From contig JBFFSH010000006.1 of NCBI GenBank assembly GCA_041572575.1, forward strand, positions 1 to 52,849: DNA of 52,849 nt, written 5' to 3'. Made by a program: the position numbers and the translations under genes. This document shows positions 1-8,523 of this stretch, piece after piece. Numbering within the stretch: position 1 is the first letter of the stretch; each line of letters opens with the position of its first letter. This DNA is from Thermodesulfobacteriota bacterium (GTDB taxonomy: Bacteria > Desulfobacterota_D > UBA1144 > Nemesobacterales > N074bin48). The notes beneath the pieces were generated by a model that did no database searches, had not been told where the DNA came from, and saw only the letters and a list, made by a program, of their open reading frames with translations.

Positions 1-1
1 A

Positions 2-601
2 TCAAAAAGTAACAAAAGGCAACGTGCTGATAAAATTAAGGCATATCGATGCAAGAACCTGATAGCCGTTATAGAAGATCCGCATGACATAAAAAATATC
101 GGAACTGTGATTAGAAATGTAAACGCACTCGGTGTTGAGAAGGCTTATATAGTCGACCCTAGAAAAACCTTGCCAGATGATTGGCAGGATATGAGGGAAA
201 GAAAATCACTTTCTGCAACATCAGCTTCAGCAGTTAAATGGAGTTTTGTAAAGAGGTTTGATAGTACTGAATCGTGCATCGAGTATTTAGAGAAAAAGCG
301 GTATATATCTATTGTCACCTCGCCACATGTTAAGGGACAGAAAAACGTTATTTTACATGAAGGTGATTATACACAACATGCTAAACTGGCTGTTTGGTTT
401 GGAAATGAGTCGAGAGGAATCAGCGATCTAGCTGTAAAACACAGCGAATTGTTTATAAGCATACCAATGCTAGGAATGATCGAAAGCCTTAATCTGGGAA
501 CAACGTCAGGAATTGTTTTATATGAAATCACAAAGCAAAGACGTGAGTATCAGAGAAAATACAAGCATAAAAACAGACGCGGCAGAAAGTATATTGCTTA
601 A
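2..601 (+). CDS. TrmH/SpoU-family RNA 2'-O-methyltransferase, 5' end truncated by the window edge
   Basis: The frame is open from base 2 (…LIAVIEDPHDIKNIGTVIR). SPOUT motifs present: NIGTVIR, FGNESRG and IPMLGMIESLNL. Confidence 0.85.
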   Translation, partial: SKSNKRQRADKIKAYRCKNLIAVIEDPHDIKNIGTVIRNVNALGVEKAYIVDPRKTLPDDWQDMRERKSLSATSASAVKWSFVKRFDSTESCIEYLEKKRYISIVTSPHVKGQKNVILHEGDYTQHAKLAVWFGNESRGISDLAVKHSELFISIPMLGMIESLNLGTTSGIVLYEITKQRREYQRKYKHKNRRGRKYIA

Positions 602-801
602 CAATATATTCCAACCAAATATCAACATCGGCAACAAATAATCTCTGTTGTAATAACTAAGCAATTCGGCAACTTTAAGCCTATCGCACATATCAAATGG
701 AACCTGATTATACCTTTTATTAAGAGACTAAACATATTTGCAATAAAATTCAGTAGGTTTAAAATATTTTTTTTATTACTTGAGAAGAGGAGAGAAATAA
801 A

Positions 802-1353
802 GTGAAGAAAACCATTCTAGCTATTATTTTAGCGCTGATTATTGTTCCGATAGTTGTCAGTGCTCTGGAAGACCAGCCTATGATTGGAGAACAGGCACCG
901 GATTTTAGCCTTAAAGACTTAGACGGAAATACTGTAACTCTTTCAGAACTCAAAAGCAATATCGTCATTATGCATTTTGCCACAAGCTGGTGTCCGTACT
1001 GTAACGCAGAGGCTCCGCATTTAGAAGCTTTGCATAACAAATATAAAGACAAAAAAGTAAAAGTACTTATAGTAAACACCATGGAAAAACCCGATATAGC
1101 AAAAGCCTGGGCTGTGGACAAGCATAAATTTAGCTTTCCCATTCTGCTTGATTCGGACGGCAAGACCACTGCAAAATATGCACCAGAAGGTCTTATGCCA
1201 GACCTTCCAAGGCACGAGGTACCGATAGCATCTAACCTTATTATAGACAAAGAGGGAAAAATTGTTTTCTATTCTCTTCTTGATAGCAAGAACTTCGATG
1301 CCAAATTAACCGAGATAAACAAGCAGGTTGAGCAACTTTTGGCAAAGAAATGA
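802..1353 (+). CDS. Exported TlpA/ResA-like thiol-disulfide oxidoreductase (redoxin)
   Basis: Signal peptide, APDFSLKDLDG, FATSWCPYC active site; GAGGAG SD upstream of the GTG start. Confidence 0.85.
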   Translation: MKKTILAIILALIIVPIVVSALEDQPMIGEQAPDFSLKDLDGNTVTLSELKSNIVIMHFATSWCPYCNAEAPHLEALHNKYKDKKVKVLIVNTMEKPDIAKAWAVDKHKFSFPILLDSDGKTTAKYAPEGLMPDLPRHEVPIASNLIIDKEGKIVFYSLLDSKNFDAKLTEINKQVEQLLAKK

Positions 1354-1838
1354 TTTACCCAAAGATTGCCGTCATTGTCTTGTCCCTGTTATTTTTAGCG
1401 GGTACCGAATTCAGCATATCTCAAACGACAGATCTTGTATTACTTAATTTTCCAAAGGAAATATATGTTGATCCTAGAAATACAGGTGAACTAAAAATAG
1501 AGGTAATAGTTAAGAACGGCTATCATGTACAGGCAAATCCGGCAAGTCATGAGTTTTTGATACCCGTAAGCATTGAAAGTATATCAGGCAAGGGCCTGAG
1601 TTTTGGTAATCCAGCATATCCAATAGGGAAACCACTTAAGATAGAGACCTCCGAAGAACCGCTATCAGTATATGACGGGAAGTTTTACATTGACGTGCCG
1701 TTTGAAGTTTCAAATAATTCTCAGATCACTCAAACAGAGCTTAACGGAACTTTTCAATACCAGACTTGCGATTACAAGAGGTGCTACTTTCCAAGATCAA
1801 TAGAATTCAGTAGGAAAATTAAGATAATAAAAAATTAG
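1350..1838 (+). CDS. Exported DsbD N-terminal-domain-like protein
   Basis: Signal peptide, GYHVQAN, and C-terminal YQTCDYKRCYFP (DsbD-alpha Cys pair); ATGA overlap with the TlpA gene. Confidence 0.7.
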   Translation: MIYPKIAVIVLSLLFLAGTEFSISQTTDLVLLNFPKEIYVDPRNTGELKIEVIVKNGYHVQANPASHEFLIPVSIESISGKGLSFGNPAYPIGKPLKIETSEEPLSVYDGKFYIDVPFEVSNNSQITQTELNGTFQYQTCDYKRCYFPRSIEFSRKIKIIKN

Positions 1839-1845
1839 CAAAACA

Positions 1846-1875
1846 GAAAGTGTCAGACCTTGATATTGGACACTT
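1846..1875 (+). repeat. Variant GTCAG-type terminal repeat with a local hairpin
   Basis: GAAAGTGTCAGACCTTGATATTGGACACTT resembles the GGGGTCAGGCTTTGRTRTTT repeats. AAGTGTC/GACACTT form a 7-bp stem. An inverted degenerate partner lies at 2422-2450. Confidence 0.45.
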
Positions 1876-1956
1876 GAAAATAGTGAATAATTGGATGTTA
1901 TCTAATTCATTTTTCACACATTATATATCTTTATATCTCTTTGCGTTAATAATATT

Positions 1957-2274
1957 TTAGGATAATCTTTTAGCTTCATAAATCCTACACAGTTCTTCAC
2001 TAGGATTGTTGAAGTTAACCCCCATTATTGAAAGTTTTTCAGAAAGTGTTTGTTCCCAGATAACTTCACCCTCAATAGTTATAATACCTCCAACTTTAGA
2101 ATGAATCTTAATTACAATGTTTGACTTGGCAGGTAAAATTTTGTCTGCAAGAATAGACATTCCGTCAGGAGAAAAAACATAGGAGGTTCCATGATAAATT
2201 GGGCTATCTATACCAAATTCTACATGCTCTCCCATCAAGATTCTTGGATATGATCTTCTCTCTTTCATTGACAA
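1957..2274 (-). CDS. Stand-alone PilZ-domain protein
   Basis: ERRSYPR (RxxxR) motif, SPDG, GEVIW and MGVNF beta-barrel pattern. Confidence 0.75.
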   Translation of the reverse strand: MSMKERRSYPRILMGEHVEFGIDSPIYHGTSYVFSPDGMSILADKILPAKSNIVIKIHSKVGGIITIEGEVIWEQTLSEKLSIMGVNFNNPSEELCRIYEAKRLS

Positions 2275-2421
2275 TCACCCCAGTATAAATCTTATCTATA
2301 CATCTAGTATATTATAATTCCTCTTAAACAGTAATGCTAGTAGTATTAAGTTTTCCTTCATTTTAATAGGTGCTACTTCTCAAAATCAATAGTATTAAGT
2401 GTTCAGGTTAAAATAATAAAC

Positions 2422-2450
2422 AGTGTCCAATGTCAGTGATTGCAACTATT
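2422..2450 (-). repeat. Degenerate inverted partner of the 1846-1875 repeat
   Basis: Its reverse complement ends TGACATTGGACACT versus TGATATTGGACACT at 1861-1874 (13/14 match); about 20/29 overall by eye. Confidence 0.4.
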
Positions 2451-2657
2451 ATTATATTTCACAAACAAACAAGGAGTATTGATATTATTATCTATATAAT
2501 TAATAATATCAGCAGGAAAGGTAAAGAATGCGGTATTAAACAAATTATAACTGACCATTTAAAACATAAATGGCAAATTTCAGATATTAATTATTTATCC
2601 CCATTTTTATAAAATTAACTTAGTCACACAAATATTATCCCGCGGGAACTAATATAA

Positions 2658-4112
2658 ATGAATATCAGACTTTGTTTTTATATAGTTGGCACATTTTTAA
2701 CATTTCTGGGTTTACTTCTGCTCATTCCAGTTGTTTGTTCATTAATTTACCGGGATGGAGATCATTTCGCTTTTTTAATAACTGCAGGGATAACCAGTTC
2801 GGTCGGATTTATTCTAAGAGATGTAAATAAAGAGTGTAAAAATATTAGTGAACTGGATCGGAAAGAGGCTTTTTTTGTCGCTTTTTTATGCTGGTCTGTT
2901 GCCTGCATATTTGGATCTATCCCCTACCTATTCCTGCCAATTTTTTCAAACCCCATAGACGCGATCTTCGAATCAATAGCAGGATTTACTACCACGGGCT
3001 CTAGCGTAATAGATGATTTACATGATCTTCCGCATGGAATATTATTCTATAGAAGTTTTACACAGTGGCTGGGTGGAATGGGAATCATTGTACTTGCACT
3101 TGCGATTCTCCCAAGATTATCCGTTGGAGGAATGCAGCTCATGGGTATGGAAACCCCCGGTCCTGTAACAGAAAAAGTAACACCTAAAATTGCAGAAACT
3201 GCTAAAAAACTGTGGATAGTATATGTAGGACTATCAGTATTGTTGATAGCGTTGCTCTTTATTTGTGGGATGCCCTTGTTTGATTCTGTGGTAACGTCGT
3301 TTAGTACTTTATCCACTGGCGGATTTGCAATTAAAAATTCAAGTATTGGTGGCTATAACAACTCATTAATAGAATTATTAATTACACTATTCATGTTCAT
3401 TGCTGGAATTAATTTTCTACTGCATTATTTTCTCTTTACTGGAAGGTTTTCAAGAGTATTCAGAGATTCAGAGCTCAAATTCTACACTGGTATAGTATTA
3501 ACATTTATAGCAATTATATGTATAGATTTATGGTTTAACAGCTATTATGGATTCTGGGATGCTCTTAGATTCTCATCCTTTCAGGTTGTATCTATCATAA
3601 CAACAACAGGGTTTAGCTCAGTGGATTTTGCACACTGGCCTATATATACAGTGTTCTTATTATTTACTCTAATGTTTATAGGTGCCTGTGCAGGTTCAAC
3701 ATCGGGGTCTATTAAAGTTCTTAGAATCCTTATACTTATCAAAAGAAGCTACAGGGAAATTAATCATCTAATTAAGCCGCGTGCGGTCCTGCCTCTAAGG
3801 GTTAATCAAAAAGTATTAGATGATGATATAATATCGAGTGTTACAAGCTTTTTTCTTCTCTATATATTTATATTCGTACTGTCTACTATTGCTATATTGA
3901 CTTTCGAGGATATTTCTATCTTGGGTGCAATGTCAACAACAGCCGCAAGTATCGGAAACATTGGACCTGCATTTGAAGAATTAGGCCCGACACACACGTA
4001 CCATTTCTTGTCAAATTACTCAAAAATATGGTTATGCTTTTTAATGCTTATTGGCAGACTGGAATTATATACAGTTCTAGTAATATTCACTCCCATGTTC
4101 TGGACAAAGTAA
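2658..4112 (+). CDS. trkH: TrkH-family potassium uptake membrane protein
   Basis: FESIAGFTTTG, QWLGGMGII, STGGF, TTTGF, GSTSGSIK and LIGRLE motifs; multi-TM protein. Confidence 0.92.
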   Translation: MNIRLCFYIVGTFLTFLGLLLLIPVVCSLIYRDGDHFAFLITAGITSSVGFILRDVNKECKNISELDRKEAFFVAFLCWSVACIFGSIPYLFLPIFSNPIDAIFESIAGFTTTGSSVIDDLHDLPHGILFYRSFTQWLGGMGIIVLALAILPRLSVGGMQLMGMETPGPVTEKVTPKIAETAKKLWIVYVGLSVLLIALLFICGMPLFDSVVTSFSTLSTGGFAIKNSSIGGYNNSLIELLITLFMFIAGINFLLHYFLFTGRFSRVFRDSELKFYTGIVLTFIAIICIDLWFNSYYGFWDALRFSSFQVVSIITTTGFSSVDFAHWPIYTVFLLFTLMFIGACAGSTSGSIKVLRILILIKRSYREINHLIKPRAVLPLRVNQKVLDDDIISSVTSFFLLYIFIFVLSTIAILTFEDISILGAMSTTAASIGNIGPAFEELGPTHTYHFLSNYSKIWLCFLMLIGRLELYTVLVIFTPMFWTK

Positions 4113-4180
4113 AAAAATTTAAAACTGATGGCATCTGGTCTTAACATTGAAAACTAATATTCACTACTTCATTGTGCCAC

Positions 4181-4543
4181 TTAAAATTCATATTCTTTAA
4201 CAATAAAAGCACATGATTTTGAATGATCTATGAAATTCTTCTCATCTTCTAAAAGTGCAGCGCCTAGTTTCTGACCTTCTGGAGAACTCATCCCCTCCAT
4301 TAACGCTTGTTCTGATTCAAACCATACCTCTGCAACTCCGTCATACTCCGGCTGCATTACCCTTGAAGCTCTAATACCTTCATTTAAAGGGGTATCCATT
4401 GTATGTGACTGCACATACTTTTTTGCACCCATTGCATCGGCGTTGCTCATAAAAAACGGGCCATGGCTGTTCATCCAGTAGTCCTTGAATTGCTCACGAG
4501 TCATATCAGGGTGTCTGGTTAAACACATAACAAATTTGATCAT
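4181..4543 (-). CDS. EthD-domain protein
   Basis: MIKFVMCLTRHPDMTREQFKDYW…H and YDGVAEVWF…DEKNFID; ATG at 4543 preceded by GAGGAG. Confidence 0.8.
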   Translation of the reverse strand: MIKFVMCLTRHPDMTREQFKDYWMNSHGPFFMSNADAMGAKKYVQSHTMDTPLNEGIRASRVMQPEYDGVAEVWFESEQALMEGMSSPEGQKLGAALLEDEKNFIDHSKSCAFIVKEYEF

Positions 4544-4781
4544 TTCAATACTCCTCATTTCACAAGATGTTTGAGTATATAACTGTACATTATTCTGATC
4601 CACTGACCAGTATAGTTAAAAAAACAAATTCTGTTAATATTTATGATTTCAACTCTGACTTAATTAAGCTTTAAGGTTGGCAACTTAAATATTGTTAGAT
4701 ACTTCTTCTATAATAACTAAGTACTAAATCATTATTTGTTATATTTTGAAATGAAGTATTAGCATTTTGGTTCCACGCATA

Positions 4782-4806
4782 AACCAAAATACCAAAGCCT
4801 GACCCC
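4782..4806 (-). repeat. RAYT-associated repeat copy (GGGGTCAGGCTTTGGTATTTTGGTT)
   Basis: 25/25 identical to the copy at 52710-52734. Starts 6 nt past the stop of the EEP gene; decayed inverted partner at 4749-4772. Confidence 0.85.
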
Positions 4807-4811
4807 ATGCG

Positions 4812-5846
4812 TTAATTAGACGGGTTATAGTCAAATGTTGCGCTTACTATCGCGTGGTCCGAAGATACATCATTCTTATCGGCAAGGTAATCATTGAAGC
4901 ATCTTAGGTTATTAAAACTCCAGAGCCTGTTATCAGAATAGTCATAAAACTGCTTAGATACGAGAATGTGATCCAGGGTTTCCATATTCCCATCTGTGAT
5001 ATGAGTAAAGACCGTGTCTTTAACACTTCTGTATCCCTGCATATAAGAAGTTGAATACAATCCCCTGTCGCTTCTACTTGCACTGCAGTTATTTGTATAC
5101 ATATAAAATTTGGGCTGCCCTGCTATAATAGCTGTTGACACACTGTGTTCGGTGTTATTCAGGTCTCCAAGTACAATTACAGGATCATCGCAACTTCTCA
5201 TCATTTTGTTTACTAAAACTCGTATTGCTGCCGATTCCGCTGTTCTGCGAATACTCGACATTGCTTGCCCAAGAGCAGTTGCATGGGGTCTTATCGACGG
5301 ATCGCATTTTTCCTGTTTATCGAGCATTATACATTTCTTTGATTTTAAGTGAGCAACTAAGACCCTCACTCTTACAGGCTCCGCCCCAGCTGTGGGAATA
5401 ACATTTAAAGTAACGCTCAATACTGCCCTTGAAAACCTGCTAATATTAACGCTAATTTGATAATCCGGATCACTGGAACGGCCCTTGCGCTTCTTAAGGA
5501 CTGTTTCTTCAGGGAAATTCTTGATCCATTCAGCTTTTACTACCTCGTGAGGCTTCCTCACTGCTATGGCATTATCCATCCCTTTAGAGTTAATGTTTTC
5601 AGCAATAAGTGTGTACTCATCATCCAAATTAGCCGTAACAAATACATCCCTCAAACACTCCGGTCTCCATAGTTCCTGAAATGCTATGATATCAGCATCA
5701 AGCAGTTTTAGTTTATTAGCAGTCCACTCAAGCTTCTCTCTATATTGCTGCGGAGTGTATCTTATGCCATTATACATAGCTTTTCCGGGTAGCTGCAGAT
5801 TATATAAGTTAAAAGTAGCTAAAGTCAGATTGTTTTTGTATGGCAT
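4812..5846 (-). CDS. Endonuclease/exonuclease/phosphatase (EEP) family protein
   Basis: ATFNLYNL, DIIAFQE, AHLKSK, VLGDLN, LDHILVS and SDHA motifs. Confidence 0.88.
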   Translation of the reverse strand: MPYKNNLTLATFNLYNLQLPGKAMYNGIRYTPQQYREKLEWTANKLKLLDADIIAFQELWRPECLRDVFVTANLDDEYTLIAENINSKGMDNAIAVRKPHEVVKAEWIKNFPEETVLKKRKGRSSDPDYQISVNISRFSRAVLSVTLNVIPTAGAEPVRVRVLVAHLKSKKCIMLDKQEKCDPSIRPHATALGQAMSSIRRTAESAAIRVLVNKMMRSCDDPVIVLGDLNNTEHSVSTAIIAGQPKFYMYTNNCSASRSDRGLYSTSYMQGYRSVKDTVFTHITDGNMETLDHILVSKQFYDYSDNRLWSFNNLRCFNDYLADKNDVSSDHAIVSATFDYNPSN

Positions 5847-6111
5847 AATTTCCTCTGGGGCTTATTCCTTAATCAATTTTTTATGTATAACGCTATAAAC
5901 TGCCTATCTAGTTAATTAATTTTCTCCCATAAATTCTTTGCAGATATCCATTAAATTAATGCTAGTAAATTCGGATATGGTTGTAAAGATATGAATAAGT
6001 CACTATTGAAAAAAAGTGATAGTGACGAATGTGTGACCTTTTGGGATATTTTGGAGGGAGATATTGTATAATTATCAAAAATCAGGGAATTAAATCCCGA
6101 AATTAGCCTAC

Positions 6112-6137
6112 AAACCAAAACATCAAAGCCTGACCCC
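6112..6137 (-). repeat. RAYT-associated repeat copy (GGGGTCAGGCTTTGATGTTTTGGTTT)
   Basis: Near-identical to the transposase terminal repeats; starts 24 nt past the stop of the 6161-6778 gene; same orientation as 4782-4806. Confidence 0.82.
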
Positions 6138-6160
6138 AATGCCTGGTTAGGTTGAGGAAG

Positions 6161-6778
6161 TTATATCTGACTGAATAAATCAATGAAGTAACGGCCGCTT
6201 TGTTTGGAAAAATTTACTATCTTCTTTTTTTCTTCTGTACTTAGATCAGGCTCTATTTTCCTCACGGTCCTTCTAATGGCCTGGGAATGACCAGGGTCTT
6301 CCTTTGCATGAATTTCTACAAACCTTTTTGGATTATCAGCAATCTCCTGCTTTGGAAAAAGCACTGCTGAGGCGCTTTCGAAAATATAGGAATGCCCCAC
6401 AATCTGAGCTGGAAGCTCATCTGCACCAGTTTGCAAAAAATCATTATATTTATTTACAATTCCATTTCCATTTGTATCAACACCACTAATACCCATGTCC
6501 AATAAATCTTTTAGAGCAATCTCTGCATGGCCCCTTTCACCCTCTGCACAAAAATCGAACCGCTGGCTTAAGTATGGGTTTGTTTGTTTAGTGTTTTGTG
6601 ATGCCCTGTGAACAGCATCGGCACTTATTGATTCCATGATGTAGAATGTCTTTAAGAATCTTATATAAGTCTCATCAGTTATAGTACCACCATGTAGAGC
6701 TTTATATTCGTCCAGTTGTTCTACTTCACCAATGAACTCAATAACTTCTTTATCAAGTAATTCTTCTAAATTTAGCAT
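6161..6778 (-). CDS. Heme-oxygenase-like (iron-containing redox enzyme/HDO superfamily) protein
   Basis: Helical protein with E-x-E-x-x-H (EGERGHAEIALKDL), YIFE and HAKEDPGHS metal-ligand pattern. Confidence 0.6.
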   Translation of the reverse strand: MLNLEELLDKEVIEFIGEVEQLDEYKALHGGTITDETYIRFLKTFYIMESISADAVHRASQNTKQTNPYLSQRFDFCAEGERGHAEIALKDLLDMGISGVDTNGNGIVNKYNDFLQTGADELPAQIVGHSYIFESASAVLFPKQEIADNPKRFVEIHAKEDPGHSQAIRRTVRKIEPDLSTEEKKKIVNFSKQSGRYFIDLFSQI

Positions 6779-6947
6779 CCGATTATTAATATTGTTGAGA
6801 CTGCAGTATATAAATAGAGATAAGAAATATTACATAAGCATAAAAATTTAACAATAAGACTTAGGATTAATTTTTATTATATTCACAATATATTAAATGA
6901 TTATTACATATAGATTACATCTGTGTAATAAGAAAGCACTGCATTTA

Positions 6948-7802
6948 TCAATACTGATAATTTCTCAATCTGCCAGCAGCGGAGCAAAGAATTAATATAA
7001 AAGAGGCAGTCAGGGTGATCGATGCCCCTGTGGGAGTCGAAAAAATAAATGAAAAGAAATATCCAAGAACAGAAGAAACGACTCCTATAATGACCGAGAG
7101 AATGAAAATCCTGCTTAGCTTCTCCGTAAGCTGTAGTGAGCAAAGAGCCGGAAGAGTAAGTAGACCAAAAACAGGAAGCGCACCTATGGCTTTAGTGGAT
7201 ATAGAAATTACTGCACCTATGCTTACCAAAAGCAGTGCATTTGCAAGTTTTACAGGAAACTTAAACAATGTGGCAGAATCGGGATCAAAAGAGACAAATA
7301 TAAAGTCCTTATGATATTTTCTGAACAGCGCACCTACAACTAAGGCTACAATGAGAATATAATAGAGTTCTTTTTCAGAAACAACGACTGCTGTTCCAAA
7401 TATAATGTCCGAAATGTCGTGAGCTCCATGAGTTAATTTATCTCCCAATATCAATACCGATGCCGAAGCCAGCAAAAATCCAAAACCGATTACTCCTTCC
7501 TTTGTAATCTTTAAAGAATCTTTTTTGATCGCAAATAGATATGCAGCGATAAGCGTAAATATTAGAGATGAAATAGTGGGGTTAGCAAATGGGACAGCCA
7601 AACCAACAGCAAATGCCTGAATATAAAAAGCAAAAGCTACTCCAAGACCAGAGACTTGTGTTAGAGCAGCACTTACAAATATAATCCTGCGAAGAACAAC
7701 AGACACACCCAAAAACCCGCATAGCGCACCAATAACCGCCCCTGCAGCAACCGCTTCTTTCCAAAGAAAATAGCTTTGAGTAAATTCAGATATAGCGCTC
7801 AT
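6948..7802 (-). CDS. Zn/Mn ABC transporter permease (ZnuB-like)
   Basis: CGFLGVSVVLRR, SFDPDSA, GALPVFGLLTLPA and TPTGASI motifs of ABC-3 permeases. Confidence 0.88.
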   Translation of the reverse strand: MSAISEFTQSYFLWKEAVAAGAVIGALCGFLGVSVVLRRIIFVSAALTQVSGLGVAFAFYIQAFAVGLAVPFANPTISSLIFTLIAAYLFAIKKDSLKITKEGVIGFGFLLASASVLILGDKLTHGAHDISDIIFGTAVVVSEKELYYILIVALVVGALFRKYHKDFIFVSFDPDSATLFKFPVKLANALLLVSIGAVISISTKAIGALPVFGLLTLPALCSLQLTEKLSRIFILSVIIGVVSSVLGYFFSFIFSTPTGASITLTASFILILCSAAGRLRNYQY

Positions 7803-8521
7803 TTATTAATTCCCATTTCTCCACTGGTTATACTCATACCAAATATTTTCTGCATGTGTTTTGAATCTATAATCTCCTTAACCGATCCCTGCTCGAAAAC
7901 TCCACTTTGTTTATCTATAAGAATTAATCTGTCCGCATACTCCGTAACACTACCTATATAGTGGCTTACCATTATCACTGTGAGCTTATTCTCAGACCTT
8001 ATTGCACTTACAAGATCCAATATCTCTGTTTGTCCTTTAAAATCAACAGATGCCGTAGGCTCATCCAAAACGAGCACCGAAGGCTGCCCGGCTAACGCTC
8101 TGGCAATTAGTGCCCTTTGGATTTCACCACCTGAGAGTGACCTGAAAGTCCTGTGTGCAAGGTGAGCGATACCGACTTTTTCCAGACATTCCAATGCTAT
8201 TTGTATATCATTTTCAGATATGCTCTTACCAAACCCGACAATGCTGTACCTTCCCATAATCACCAGCTCTAAAACTGAAACCGGAAATAATTTGTCAAAA
8301 TTTTTGTGCTGCGGCACATAACCAAAACTGCTGTTTGGAGAATAAAGAATCTGCCCTGAGAGTTTTGGAATAAGCCCTAGTATGGTTTTTAAAAGTGTTG
8401 TCTTTCCCCCGCCGTTTGAGCCGATAACAGCCCAAAACTCATTTTCTCCAATACTGAGATTGATAGGGGCTATTAGAGGGCTGTTTTCATAACCAATCTC
8501 AACTTTATCCAATGTAATCAT
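7799..8521 (-). CDS. Zn/Mn ABC transporter ATPase (ZnuC-like)
   Basis: Walker A GSNGGGKTT, GYVPQ, LSGGE, LVLDEPT and SH motif. Confidence 0.9.
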   Translation of the reverse strand: MITLDKVEIGYENSPLIAPINLSIGENEFWAVIGSNGGGKTTLLKTILGLIPKLSGQILYSPNSSFGYVPQHKNFDKLFPVSVLELVIMGRYSIVGFGKSISENDIQIALECLEKVGIAHLAHRTFRSLSGGEIQRALIARALAGQPSVLVLDEPTASVDFKGQTEILDLVSAIRSENKLTVIMVSHYIGSVTEYADRLILIDKQSGVFEQGSVKEIIDSKHMQKIFGMSITSGEMGINK

Positions 8522-8523
8522 GA

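Noticed and set aside
596..680. Possible integron attC site after the TrmH stop (GCTTAAC fits RYYYAAC, followed by an attC-like AATATATTCCAACC)
   Set aside because: No GTTRRRY R' box or complementary L' arm follows (nearest is TTTAAGC) and there is no integrase in the window; at most a remnant.
759..1250. Antisense and alternate-frame ORFs in the track (e.g. 759-1250, 26796-27314, 37074-37559, 45005-45478)
   Set aside because: They are shadow ORFs overlapping well-supported genes and have no motifs of their own.
6032..6054. Possible inverted partner of the 6112-6137 repeat
   Set aside because: About 13/23 identity, mostly in a T-rich stretch; not distinguishable from background.
4782..6137. 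CRISPR array interpretation of the roughly 25-30 bp repeats
   Set aside because: Copies are dispersed at kb distances and in both orientations, with no regular spacers and no cas genes.
5951..6139. 62-aa ORF starting inside the repeat (MGSGFDVL…)
   Set aside because: Its start lies within the repeat itself; no SD and no recognisable domain.
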